From: Chloroflexota bacterium
Lineage (GTDB): Bacteria > Chloroflexota > Anaerolineae > J102
Direction of reading: 5' to 3'
Assembly: GCA_013152585.1 (NCBI GenBank)
Contig: JAADGC010000177.1
Location: 1 to 55,900, forward strand
Length of the DNA stretch: 55,900 nt
Part shown: positions 26,624 through 34,847 of the stretch, in pieces
Layout: each line of letters begins with the position of its first letter
Numbering within the stretch: position 1 is the first letter of the stretch
Program-made: the position numbers and the translations under genes
Notes under the pieces: generated by a model
What the model saw: only the letters and a program-made list of their open reading frames with translations
Database searches by the model: none
Told to the model about the DNA's origin: nothing

Positions 26624-28039
26624 TCAGTCGGCCTGGGGGTTGTGATCCCCGAGATAATTGTGCCACAAAGTCTCCTGCTCGGCCACCGGTAAATCAGTCA
26701 GGGTGCTGCCCTGGCTGCGAGCCTGCGCCGCCACCGCTTCGAACTGGGCTTTGAGGGCGCGGCAAGCCGAGCGCAGGGCGGATTCGGCGTCGAAGCCGGA
26801 GGCGTGGGCCGTTGCAACCAGTTGCAGCAAGGCCTGTGCCAGTTGGTCGGGGTTCTGGAGGCGCGGGGATGACAGGGGGTAGCCCACGCGGCTGAGCCGC
26901 GACAGATAGCCTTGCGCCAGGGCCAGCGCTGGCAATGCCTCGGGCATGCCAGCAAGCAAATGCCGGGAAGCCGGGCTTTTGTTCTCGGCTTCAGCCTGCC
27001 GGCGTTCGCCCTGCTTGATGGTTTCCCAGTTCCGGGCTACGTCGGCGGCGTCTTGCACCGTGGTATCGGCAAAGACGTGGGGATGGCGGCGGATCAGTTT
27101 TTCGACCACGTGCGAAATCACATCCTGCAGCCGAAATTCGTCTTCTTCGGTGGCAATCTGCACATGCAAAGCGACCTGGATTAACAGATCTCCCAACTCT
27201 TCGGCCAGGGACTCGCTATCACCCCGGTCCAGGGCATCAAGCACTTCGTAAGCTTCTTCCAAAAGAAAGGGGCGCAGGCTTGCGTGCGTTTGCTGGCGAT
27301 CCCAGGGGCAGCCATCGGGCGCCCGCAAATGGGCGATCAGCTCCTGCAGCGCCTCATAGCTGGAGGCGTAGGGCAGCGGGGGAATCCATAAAGTGGTCAA
27401 ATCATCGAATACATCTTGCCGATCCAGGGCAAATAACGACATCTGGCGCAGCTTCATCTGATCGGTGCCGGCGCCTGAGATCAACGTTACCGGGTGATCC
27501 GCGGGATAGGCGTTCATGAGCGTGAGCTTGACATCACCGGCCAGCAGGCGGCTATACAGTTGCACTGCAATCACGCCCTGTTCGGTGGCGCCCAGGGGAT
27601 GGTACATCTGCGCCAGGCTGGTGGCATCGATAACCTGCACGCCGCGGATGGGATCTTCACCCAGGGCCGCAAAGGTGGGTTCCAGAAAACTGACGCCTGG
27701 TTGCAGCTCGACGGCAATGCCCTGGGCCGCGGCCAGGGCCCGGATGTGACGCGGCGTTGCCTCAGCCACGGAGGGATCGCCGGGCACTGCGTAGATGATA
27801 TTCTGCTGCTGTCCGCGTTCCACGACATCGGCGGCAATGGCCGCGTAAACGGCGGCAAAGTCGTCATGGCGCTCGTAAAAAGCATCATAACTGTGCACCT
27901 GCGTGACCTGCTCCACCGCGGCTACGGCGGGATGTTGGCGTGTACGGACGAAGATCTCGGGCGCATGGGTCAAAAGGCGCCAGGTGCGGCGGGTAATGAG
28001 TTCGGGGTCACCTGGCCCCAGGCCTACAATCGTAATCAT
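26624..28039 (-). CDS. mazG: YabN-like fusion: tetrapyrrole-methylase-fold domain plus MazG nucleotide pyrophosphohydrolase
   Basis: MITIVGLGPGDPELIT (TP-methylase N-terminus) and MazG EEAYEVLDAL...ELGDLLIQV...RRHPHVF. The track ORF to 28222 runs through the tRNA-Arg gene and is rejected. Confidence 0.8.
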   Translation of the reverse strand: MITIVGLGPGDPELITRRTWRLLTHAPEIFVRTRQHPAVAAVEQVTQVHSYDAFYERHDDFAAVYAAIAADVVERGQQQNIIYAVPGDPSVAEATPRHIRALAAAQGIAVELQPGVSFLEPTFAALGEDPIRGVQVIDATSLAQMYHPLGATEQGVIAVQLYSRLLAGDVKLTLMNAYPADHPVTLISGAGTDQMKLRQMSLFALDRQDVFDDLTTLWIPPLPYASSYEALQELIAHLRAPDGCPWDRQQTHASLRPFLLEEAYEVLDALDRGDSESLAEELGDLLIQVALHVQIATEEDEFRLQDVISHVVEKLIRRHPHVFADTTVQDAADVARNWETIKQGERRQAEAENKSPASRHLLAGMPEALPALALAQGYLSRLSRVGYPLSSPRLQNPDQLAQALLQLVATAHASGFDAESALRSACRALKAQFEAVAAQARSQGSTLTDLPVAEQETLWHNYLGDHNPQAD

Positions 28040-28072
28040 ATCTGTCCCCTGAAAGCATGAGAGATGGATCGT

Positions 28073-28108
28073 GCGAAAAGAAAAGCCGCGGAATGGCATG
28101 AGATTCCG
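28073..28108 (-). terminator. Rho-independent terminator after tRNA-Arg
   Basis: On the minus strand, GCGGAAT ctcatgcc ATTCCGC followed by GGCTTTTCTTTTCG. Confidence 0.7.
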
Positions 28109-28126
28109 CAGCTCCTTCTGCTGGTA

Positions 28127-28199
28127 GCACCCTCGGAGGGATTCGAACCCCCAACCTACGGTTCCGAAGACCGTCGCTCTAACCGTTGAGCTACGAGGG
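28127..28199 (-). tRNA. tRNA-Arg (anticodon TCG)
   Basis: Hand-folded: acceptor ACCCTCG/CGAGGGT, D arm GCTC/GAGC, anticodon stem ACGGT/ACCGT with loop CTTCGGA, T loop TTCGAAT. 73 nt, CCA not encoded. Confidence 0.8.
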
Positions 28200-28227
28200 T
28201 AAGGGGGGAGGGGCCTCCCCACGTCTC

Positions 28228-28256
28228 AAGTATAGATTTCTCTGCTGTGCCTGTCA
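28228..28256 (-). promoter_or_regulatory. Near-consensus promoter for tRNA-Arg
   Basis: On the minus strand, TTGACA, 17 nt, TATACT, ending 28 nt upstream of the tRNA. Confidence 0.65.
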
Positions 28257-28350
28257 AACTATGGACAGGCGCAGTAGCACTTCTCAATTGGGCGTTGGCA
28301 TGATTGGAATACGTTCCGGTTCAACCGCATCTCATGGGGGCTCGCCGTGG

Positions 28351-28412
28351 CCTCCGGGAGGTGGCCGGAATATTCTTGCCCCAACAGAGTGTTTTTGGCC
28401 ACCTCCCGGAGG
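28351..28412. repeat. Perfect 16-bp inverted repeat with a 30-nt spacer
   Basis: CCTCCGGGAGGTGGCC ... GGCCACCTCCCGGAGG. Each arm is itself nearly palindromic. It lies between the solute-binding-protein (SBP) gene stop and the tRNA-Arg promoter. Confidence 0.9.
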
Positions 28413-28441
28413 TTTGAATGACGCCCCCCAGACTTTGACGC

Positions 28442-29245
28442 CTAATCGGGCAGCTCGGGGCGAGGTGGCTGGGTGGGGAAATAGCGCTGCGTCAATTGCT
28501 CCCACACACCCACGGTGCGCAGCGCCAGCAACGTCTCATCCACCATCTGCGCCAATTTGGGCGCTGCCGGAGAAACGACCATCACATAGGGCTCAGAAAC
28601 CAGCGGGGGCGAGTGCAAACGCAGGTGTTTTGGCGCGTCCAGGGCTGCTGTCACCGCATCCACCAGGGCCACATCGGCCTCGCCCACAGCCACGGCTTGC
28701 AGGGCAGCTCCGGCGCTTTCGTGGCGGTCAATCGTCAATCCCTGGGCCCGGGCCCAGGCGTCGCCCTCACTTCCCCACTCGACTGCCACGCGCAAACCGG
28801 CAAAAGCCGCGGGCGAGGCAATGCCGCTGTCGCTTCTTGTCACCCAGATCAGGCCGGCTTCGAAATACGGGGGGCTATAGTGCACATCCTGCGACAGCCG
28901 CGGGTCCAGCGGAAAGGCCGAGATCACCACGTCGGCCTTGTCGGCCAGCACCGCATCCACCAGACCATCAAAAGCGATGGCACGAAAAGTGACCGGCACC
29001 CCCAGGCGTTGCGCCAATGCCCGCGCCAAATCCACATCAAACCCCTGCACCTGCCCCTGGGCATCCAGGCTCTCGAAAGGAGGAAAGCTGGGATCGAGGG
29101 CGACGCGCAGGGCGCCCCCTCCCTGCAATCTGGCCCAGGTGGCATCCTGGGGACGCAACCAGCCCCTGACAACCAGCCCGGCCAACAGAGCCCCCCCTAG
29201 CACGCCCATCCATAACCAACGCCGATCGGTCAGCAGGCGTTTCAT
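28442..29245 (-). CDS. Family-3 (amino-acid type) extracellular solute-binding protein
   Basis: Signal/anchor helix, then LRVALDPSFPPFESLDAQGQVQGFDVDLARALAQRLGVPVTFRAIAFDGLVDAVLADKADVVISAF. The ATG overlaps the stop of the upstream hydrolase (ATGA). Confidence 0.8.
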   Translation of the reverse strand: MKRLLTDRRWLWMGVLGGALLAGLVVRGWLRPQDATWARLQGGGALRVALDPSFPPFESLDAQGQVQGFDVDLARALAQRLGVPVTFRAIAFDGLVDAVLADKADVVISAFPLDPRLSQDVHYSPPYFEAGLIWVTRSDSGIASPAAFAGLRVAVEWGSEGDAWARAQGLTIDRHESAGAALQAVAVGEADVALVDAVTAALDAPKHLRLHSPPLVSEPYVMVVSPAAPKLAQMVDETLLALRTVGVWEQLTQRYFPTQPPRPELPD

Positions 29246-30363
29246 GGCCCGGCTCCGGCGGTCAACGCCCGCTGTACCTCAAGATAAATGGGTTTCGGCT
29301 GCAAGTCGGGCGTGACAAAGGTGTAGTAATCGCGCACATTGTGTTCGGGCCACGGATAGCGAAACGCCCACATCGAAAGGCTCTGCACCCACGGCCATTG
29401 CTTCGCCATTTCGTAGGCCTCGATGGTGTAGCGAATACGTTGTGCGGGGCGCACGGCCCGCGTCCAACGCGGATGATCATTCCAGCCTGCTTCTGTGATG
29501 AACACGGGCTTAGCGGCGTCGCCATTGGCGACCATCACCTGACGCAACAATTCCACGCGACGGAAGTTGATCACCTCGGCGTCGGGGGGATCATCGGGCG
29601 GAAAGGTGAGGCCATAGCTGTGCGCGGCCAGGGCATCGAAATAAGGGGCGGCGCCGGCATCGTACATGGCCTGCAAAAACGCCAGATCGCTCATCCCCAG
29701 CTCGCCCGTGGCATCCCCGAGCGTGGGCGCCAGGGCACCGGCCAAAAGCTGGACCTGAGGATTGACCGCGCGCACGGCCGTGGCCGTCTGCCGCAGCAGC
29801 GCCACATAGCCCTCGGGGTCTGGGCGCCGATAGCCCCATTCCAGGCTGAGGTTCGGTTCGTTCCAGAGGATGATGACCTGCACGCGCCCCTGAAAATGCG
29901 CCGCAAACGCCGCCGCATAGCGGGCGAAGTCGGCATAATGCTCGGGATCAAGATACGATGAGGTGGTGTCCGCTGGCCGCGCCCATGCCGGCACCAATCC
30001 CAGGCGGGCAATAACCGTCAGGCCCTGACGATTAGCATGGTCTACCACCAAATCGGCATGACTCCAGTCGTAACGGCCGCGACGTGCTTCGCTAAAAGCC
30101 CAGGGGAAATACTCTACCACCCACGGCGTCCCCATCTCGCGCACCATCTCCAGGGTGCGTTTGATTTTCCAGGGCTCGACTTCGTTTTCCAGCCGGGTAT
30201 GGACGCCAGCCTTGCGGTTGGTGGTCAGCACGGTTCGTTGCGGGCCCAGGGGAACCTGCACACGCTGCTGGCTCCACCATCCTGCCAGCACCAACGCTGC
30301 CAGTGCCGGTAACACGAGCAACAGGTGGATGCCCAGAATGCGTAAACGATGACGAAGCATCAT
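29242..30363 (-). CDS. Membrane-anchored clan GH-A (TIM-barrel) glycoside hydrolase
   Basis: MMLRHRLRILGIHLLLVLPALAAL anchor. ILWNEPN (acid/base NEP motif) and FITEAGW (nucleophile-type motif). The track ORF to 30567 is an upstream extension. Confidence 0.65.
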   Translation of the reverse strand: MMLRHRLRILGIHLLLVLPALAALVLAGWWSQQRVQVPLGPQRTVLTTNRKAGVHTRLENEVEPWKIKRTLEMVREMGTPWVVEYFPWAFSEARRGRYDWSHADLVVDHANRQGLTVIARLGLVPAWARPADTTSSYLDPEHYADFARYAAAFAAHFQGRVQVIILWNEPNLSLEWGYRRPDPEGYVALLRQTATAVRAVNPQVQLLAGALAPTLGDATGELGMSDLAFLQAMYDAGAAPYFDALAAHSYGLTFPPDDPPDAEVINFRRVELLRQVMVANGDAAKPVFITEAGWNDHPRWTRAVRPAQRIRYTIEAYEMAKQWPWVQSLSMWAFRYPWPEHNVRDYYTFVTPDLQPKPIYLEVQRALTAGAGP

Positions 30364-30420
30364 CGAGGGCGTAGAGAGCAAATGAGGGGCCTGAGGGCGG
30401 CAAGGCGGGGGGGACGGGGC

Positions 30421-30448
30421 TTGCCCGAAGGTATGGGCTGTGCTATAC
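30421..30448 (+). promoter_or_regulatory. Sigma-70-like promoter for the small plus-strand ORF
   Basis: TTGCCC, 17 nt, TATACT (with TGc extended -10). Confidence 0.5.
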
Positions 30449-30496
30449 TCCCTGCCAGCTTCATCCATCTGCCCCACCTTCCAGCCGAACCCCACC

Positions 30497-30733
30497 ATGA
30501 ACGCATCCGATCCACGTCTGAATCCTGTGACTGAACTATCATCCGACACATTGCTCGATGCGAACACCGAAGAGCCGGTGGTGGAGATAGAACGAGGGCT
30601 GGGATTTACGGATGGCTTTCAATTTGGATGTGGCTTTTGGGTGGCAGCCGTGGTGACCGGTATCGTTGTCGGCCTGCTGGGGACGGTGATTCTGTTTGTG
30701 CTGTCGAGTGTGGGCATTCAGTTATTGGGCTGA
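30497..30733 (+). CDS. Small hypothetical protein with a C-terminal TM helix
   Basis: MNASDPRLNPV...FGCGFWVAAVVTGIVVGLLGTVILFVLSSVGIQLLG. A promoter lies upstream and a TCCGGC cga GCCGGA hairpin downstream. No clear SD. Confidence 0.45.
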   Translation: MNASDPRLNPVTELSSDTLLDANTEEPVVEIERGLGFTDGFQFGCGFWVAAVVTGIVVGLLGTVILFVLSSVGIQLLG

Positions 30734-30773
30734 TCACAGAGTCCTTAATCCGGCCGAGCCGGACTCAAGCATC

Positions 30774-31382
30774 TCACTCATCGGGCTCGTTAATATGATG
30801 CGCCAGGATGATGGCGTCGGCCACTTCACGCATGGGTTTGCGGAAATTCATCGATAGCTTTTGAATACGTCGGAAGGCTTCGGCTTCGGTCATGCCTTTG
30901 CGATCCATGAGCAGGCCCTTAGCTCGGTCCACGGCCTTGCGGGTATCGAGGGCCTCCTGCAGGCTTTCGGCCTGTTGTTTGACGTCATCAAACTCCTGAA
31001 AACGGGCGAGTGCCGTCTCGATGGCCGGGGTCAGATCGGCTTCGGTGAAAGGCTTGACCAGATAGCCCACAACGCCGGCTTCGCGGGCGCGGTCGACGAG
31101 ATCACGCTGGCTGTAAGCGCTGAGCAAGAGCACCGGGGCGATGCCTTCGGTCGTCAGCTCGCGGGCAGCGTCGATGCCATCGTAGTCATCTCCTTCAAAC
31201 TTAATATCCATGATCACCAGGTCGGGCACAAGCTGGCGCGCCATTTGCACAGCAGCGCGGCCCTCGCCGGCTTCGCCGACCACCAGATAGCCCTGGTTGC
31301 TTAACATCTCTCGTAAATCGCGACGGATGAGGGATTGATCGTCGCAAATAATGATGCGCTTACGTTCGGGGGTTTCAGTCAT
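30774..31382 (-). CDS. pdtaR: Response regulator with an ANTAR RNA-binding output domain (PdtaR-like)
   Basis: REC RIIICDDQSL...DLVIMDIKF. ANTAR LDTRKAVDRAKGLLMDRKGMTEAEAFRRIQKLSMNFRKPMREVADAII. Confidence 0.85.
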   Translation of the reverse strand: MTETPERKRIIICDDQSLIRRDLREMLSNQGYLVVGEAGEGRAAVQMARQLVPDLVIMDIKFEGDDYDGIDAARELTTEGIAPVLLLSAYSQRDLVDRAREAGVVGYLVKPFTEADLTPAIETALARFQEFDDVKQQAESLQEALDTRKAVDRAKGLLMDRKGMTEAEAFRRIQKLSMNFRKPMREVADAIILAHHINEPDE

Positions 31383-31530
31383 AACGATTTGGCTCCAGAA
31401 AAAGCTTTAGGGAAAGTCACTACAACTTCCTCAAAGAATGGCACTTTCGTGCTGAGTGCAATCACAGATGGCAGAGACAGCTCAGTTTTTTTGTTACTCA
31501 TCTGTAAAATCTGTGGTTGACGAGGAGTGC

Positions 31531-33042
31531 TTAGGTGTACCTGGGGAAACGGACAATCGCCTGGGTTCCGGCGCCGATCTGTGGGATCAGTTCAAATGTC
31601 CCGCGCAGATCTTCCTGCACCAGGGTGCTGATAATGTCCAGCCCCAGGCTACTTTCTTGATCAAGTGAAAATTGGCTCGGCAGACCGCGACCATTGTCGC
31701 TGACTGCGAGCTCAATTATACCATCTCGATCCGCTAATTGCACCTCGATGCGCCCGGTTGTGTGGGCATCAAACCCATGTTCCAAGGCATTGAGCAATAG
31801 CTCGTTCAGGACCAGGGCGCAAACAGTGGCCTTGGCCGTGGGTAACATGACGGGATCGGCCTGGGCCAGCACAATGTGCACCTGGCCTTGGGGTTGCAAT
31901 ACGCCGGCCTGCACCTGGCTGATCACCCGCTCGATCACGGCCCGCAAATCCAGGATTTGATCTTCGCCCAAAGACAGGGCTTCGTGGATCACGGCAATGC
32001 TCATGATGCGGTTCGTGGTGTCGTGCAGCAGTTGGCGGGCTTCTTCAGTTTGGGCGCGGCGAGCTTGCATGCTGGTGATCGAGATCAGCATCTGCAGATT
32101 GTTCTTGACCCGATGATGCACTTCTTTGAGCAGCATGGCCTTCACTTTGAGTTGGCGAGCCTTGTGGCGTGACTCGGTCTCATCCTTGATCAGGAGCAAG
32201 GCGCCGTAGCGATTGTCATCGGACAGTTTGCCAAAGAATTTTTCGCTCAGCCATCGTTGAGGGTTGCCAAACAGGGGAATGGCACTACGCAGCAAAATGC
32301 GTTCCTGCACGGTATCTTCCGAGAAAACACAGCGTCTTTCATTCCAGGCTTGTTTGACAATACGCCAGTCTCCGGCCCCAACCTCCTTCAACGCCCGCCC
32401 CCGCAGATCATCCAGATAGCCCAAACGTCGGTACGCATTCGACGCCTGCCCGCTGAGATAGCGGTATCTGCCGGCGTGGTCGACGAAGATAATGCCGTTT
32501 TGTTCGGTAAAGGGGGGGATTTCGTCGCTGCCGGCAATGGCGCCCTGGCTGAGCATGCGCAAAAACTGAGCCAAGGCCCGCTGAAAGGCCGAGTCACGGC
32601 GCCGGTGCCGCTCACGCTCGATGGCATTGGTATACACGCCCACAGCCGCGATGGGGCGCTCTTGGCCCATGACCGGCCAAAATTGCTGGCTCACCTGCGA
32701 GCGCTGATCAGGCATGTCATCGATCAGGCGTTGTGTGCGTTTACCCTGATACACGGTGCGCCACAGCCAGCGCCGTTCCGAAGCCGGGTAGCACACGCCG
32801 GCGACGGCATCATCATACAACGAAGCCATCGAATGCGGTCGCGCATGGACGGCCACACAGATGCCGTATGCCTGCCCAGGAATAAGCAGCATCACATCCG
32901 AGCGGCTAACATCGGCGGCCAAACCCATGGCGTCGCGCACTCGTGTCAAAAGTGTCCGGTCTTCTTCTGCCAGACCGGCCACATAAGGCTCCCATAATTC
33001 GAAAGCCACAGTCACATTACGTACCTGATGAATGATCGGCAT
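31531..33042 (-). CDS. pdtaS: Cytoplasmic sensor histidine kinase, HisKA_2 type (PdtaS-like)
   Basis: H box LKEVHHRVKNNLQMLISI, N box LNELLLNALEHGF, G1 VSDNGRGLP, G2 SSLGLDII. No TM helix. The ATG at 33042 was chosen; the track ORF to 33156 runs into tRNA-Pro. Confidence 0.85.
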   Translation of the reverse strand: MPIIHQVRNVTVAFELWEPYVAGLAEEDRTLLTRVRDAMGLAADVSRSDVMLLIPGQAYGICVAVHARPHSMASLYDDAVAGVCYPASERRWLWRTVYQGKRTQRLIDDMPDQRSQVSQQFWPVMGQERPIAAVGVYTNAIERERHRRRDSAFQRALAQFLRMLSQGAIAGSDEIPPFTEQNGIIFVDHAGRYRYLSGQASNAYRRLGYLDDLRGRALKEVGAGDWRIVKQAWNERRCVFSEDTVQERILLRSAIPLFGNPQRWLSEKFFGKLSDDNRYGALLLIKDETESRHKARQLKVKAMLLKEVHHRVKNNLQMLISITSMQARRAQTEEARQLLHDTTNRIMSIAVIHEALSLGEDQILDLRAVIERVISQVQAGVLQPQGQVHIVLAQADPVMLPTAKATVCALVLNELLLNALEHGFDAHTTGRIEVQLADRDGIIELAVSDNGRGLPSQFSLDQESSLGLDIISTLVQEDLRGTFELIPQIGAGTQAIVRFPRYT

Positions 33043-33068
33043 TGATCTGCCAATAAAAGCTTGGGGAT

Positions 33069-33104
33069 GAAAAAGAGGGCCGATGGATGGTGGTCCATCG
33101 GCCC
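33069..33104 (-). terminator. Rho-independent terminator after tRNA-Pro
   Basis: On the minus strand, GGGCCGATGGA ccacca TCCATCGGCCC followed by TCTTTTTC. Confidence 0.8.
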
Positions 33105-33111
33105 ATCGCCT

Positions 33112-33188
33112 TGGTCGGGGCGGGGCGATTCGAACGCCCGACCTCTTGAACCCCATTCAAGCGCGCTACCGAGCTGCGCTACGCCCCG
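33112..33188 (-). tRNA. tRNA-Pro (anticodon GGG), CCA encoded
   Basis: Hand-folded: acceptor CGGGGCG/CGCCCCG, D arm GCGC/GCGC, anticodon stem CTTGA/TCAAG with loop ATGGGGT, T arm GGGCG TTCGAAT CGCCC, then A-CCA. 77 nt. Confidence 0.9.
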
Positions 33189-33200
33189 ACGGCATTTGCA

Positions 33201-33229
33201 AGTATACTCAGATCGGAGTCAGAAGGCAA
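33201..33229 (-). promoter_or_regulatory. Promoter for tRNA-Pro
   Basis: On the minus strand, TTGCCT, 17 nt, TATACT, ending 12 nt before the tRNA 5-prime end. Confidence 0.6.
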
Positions 33230-33259
33230 ATTGGCGAGCACAGCGAACGCTGGCATCGA

Positions 33260-34423
33260 TCAGGGCATCAAACGGCGGATGCGCTCGACTGCCCGTTTCA
33301 GGTCGTCCATGCTGGTGGCATACGAGAAGCGGACGTGTCCCTCACCGGCCTGCCCGAAAGCAATGCCAGGCGTGGCCGCGATCTCGGCGTCTTCCAACAG
33401 GCGGTTGGCAATCTGCAAAGAATCGTTGCCCAACCCCGGGAAACGAACAAACAGATAAAAGGCTCCCTGCGGGTTGGTGCATTCGACACCCGGAATTGCA
33501 TTCAAGGCATCCACCATAAAATCACGGCGCTCTTGATAGGCACGGCGCATGGTTTCCACCTCTTCGTCCACTCCTTCCAGGGCCACAACCCCGGCTGACA
33601 TCGTAAACGAGGCCGCCGATGTAACAGACTGGCTTTGCAGCTTAGCGGCCAAACCGATCACGTCGGCCGGGCCGGCTGCCCAGCCCAGGCGCCAACCGGT
33701 CATGGCATAGGCTTTGGAATGACCATTCACGGTGATGGTGCGCTTGGCCATGCCGGGCAATGAGGCCAGGTTGATGTGCCGGCCTTCATAAATCAGCTTT
33801 TCGTAAATCTCATCCGAGATGACATAGAGATCGTGCTCGAGCGCTGCCTGCCGGATCACTTCTGCTTCGTCCGGGCTCAGGACGCGGCCGGTAGGATTGT
33901 TGGGCGAATTGACCAGGATCGCCTTGGTGCGAGGACTGATGTGGGCAGCCAGCAGCTCGGCCCGAATGCGAAAATTATCGGCGGCGGGCAAAGTGATTGT
34001 CACCGGTATGCCGCCCACCAATTTCACAATGGGTACGTAGGAGACCCAGTAAGGCTCAAAGATGATGATCTCGTCGCCGGGATTGGTCAGAGCCGCCATG
34101 ATGGCATAGATAAGGAACTTGGCCCCAGGGCTGACCAACACCTGGCGGGCGGGGTCCACTTCCATGCCGTACTCCCGGGCGCATTTGTCGGCCACGGCCC
34201 GGCGCAGGGCCATGGTGCCCCGCGAAGGGGGATAATGGGTATCACCAGCCTTCAGGGCGGCGATGGCGGCCTCGACGACGGTGGGCGGGGTATCAAAATC
34301 AGGGTCACCGCCGGCCAAAGAGATGACATCCCGGCCGGCAGCTTTGAGTGCCTTGGCTTTATCGTTCACTGCCAGGGTGGCGGATGGAGGAATACTGCTT
34401 AAAAGCTGCGATAAGTCTTTCAT
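33260..34423 (-). CDS. Class I/II pyridoxal-phosphate aminotransferase (aspartate-aminotransferase-like)
   Basis: MKDLSQLLSSIPPSATLAVNDKAKALKAAGRDVISLAGGDPDF and the PLP-lysine motif NGHSKAYAMTGWRLGW. The track ORF to 34630 is an extension. Confidence 0.85.
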   Translation of the reverse strand: MKDLSQLLSSIPPSATLAVNDKAKALKAAGRDVISLAGGDPDFDTPPTVVEAAIAALKAGDTHYPPSRGTMALRRAVADKCAREYGMEVDPARQVLVSPGAKFLIYAIMAALTNPGDEIIIFEPYWVSYVPIVKLVGGIPVTITLPAADNFRIRAELLAAHISPRTKAILVNSPNNPTGRVLSPDEAEVIRQAALEHDLYVISDEIYEKLIYEGRHINLASLPGMAKRTITVNGHSKAYAMTGWRLGWAAGPADVIGLAAKLQSQSVTSAASFTMSAGVVALEGVDEEVETMRRAYQERRDFMVDALNAIPGVECTNPQGAFYLFVRFPGLGNDSLQIANRLLEDAEIAATPGIAFGQAGEGHVRFSYATSMDDLKRAVERIRRLMP

Positions 34424-34745
34424 AAGGGGTGATCTCCGTCGTGATGACTGGAATGGTGCAACAGCAAAAGAGCAGGCGAACAGGTGCTGCGAGGGCACGA
34501 TGACCGGCAGCACGGATGTATGCCTGTATCTGGCGCATTGTACCCCCGGCGGCCATATTGGCGCAATGTCTGCCACAGACGAAAAGTGATCGGGGAAGCG
34601 AATTCGCCGTCTGCCCGGGGCCAAGTGCACGCGTCAATAAAGGTGCGGTTCCGCTGGCACCGACCGCCCGGCGGCCGCAGGCCCCCTAGCCCCGATTTCA
34701 ATCGGTGGGACTCATCCAAAATCTTGCCCCACACACCCATAATCA

Positions 34746-34774
34746 TTGCTTCACCTCGCCAGAGACGCTATAAT
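34746..34774 (+). promoter_or_regulatory. Sigma-70-like promoter upstream of rel
   Basis: TTGCTT, 17 nt, TATAAT, ending about 73 nt before the rel ATG. Confidence 0.55.
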
Positions 34775-34847
34775 GAACGCAGAGATGGCATGTAGGTAGG
34801 TGCCGTCATATCTGTTTGATATCCTCTTCTGCACCCCATGGTGATCT

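Noticed and set aside
28040-28222. N-terminal 61 codons of track ORF 26624-28222; likewise 33043-33156 of ORF 31531-33156
   Set aside because: These extensions read straight through the tRNA-Arg and tRNA-Pro genes and their terminators. Internal ATGs at 28039 and 33042 begin the recognisable domains.
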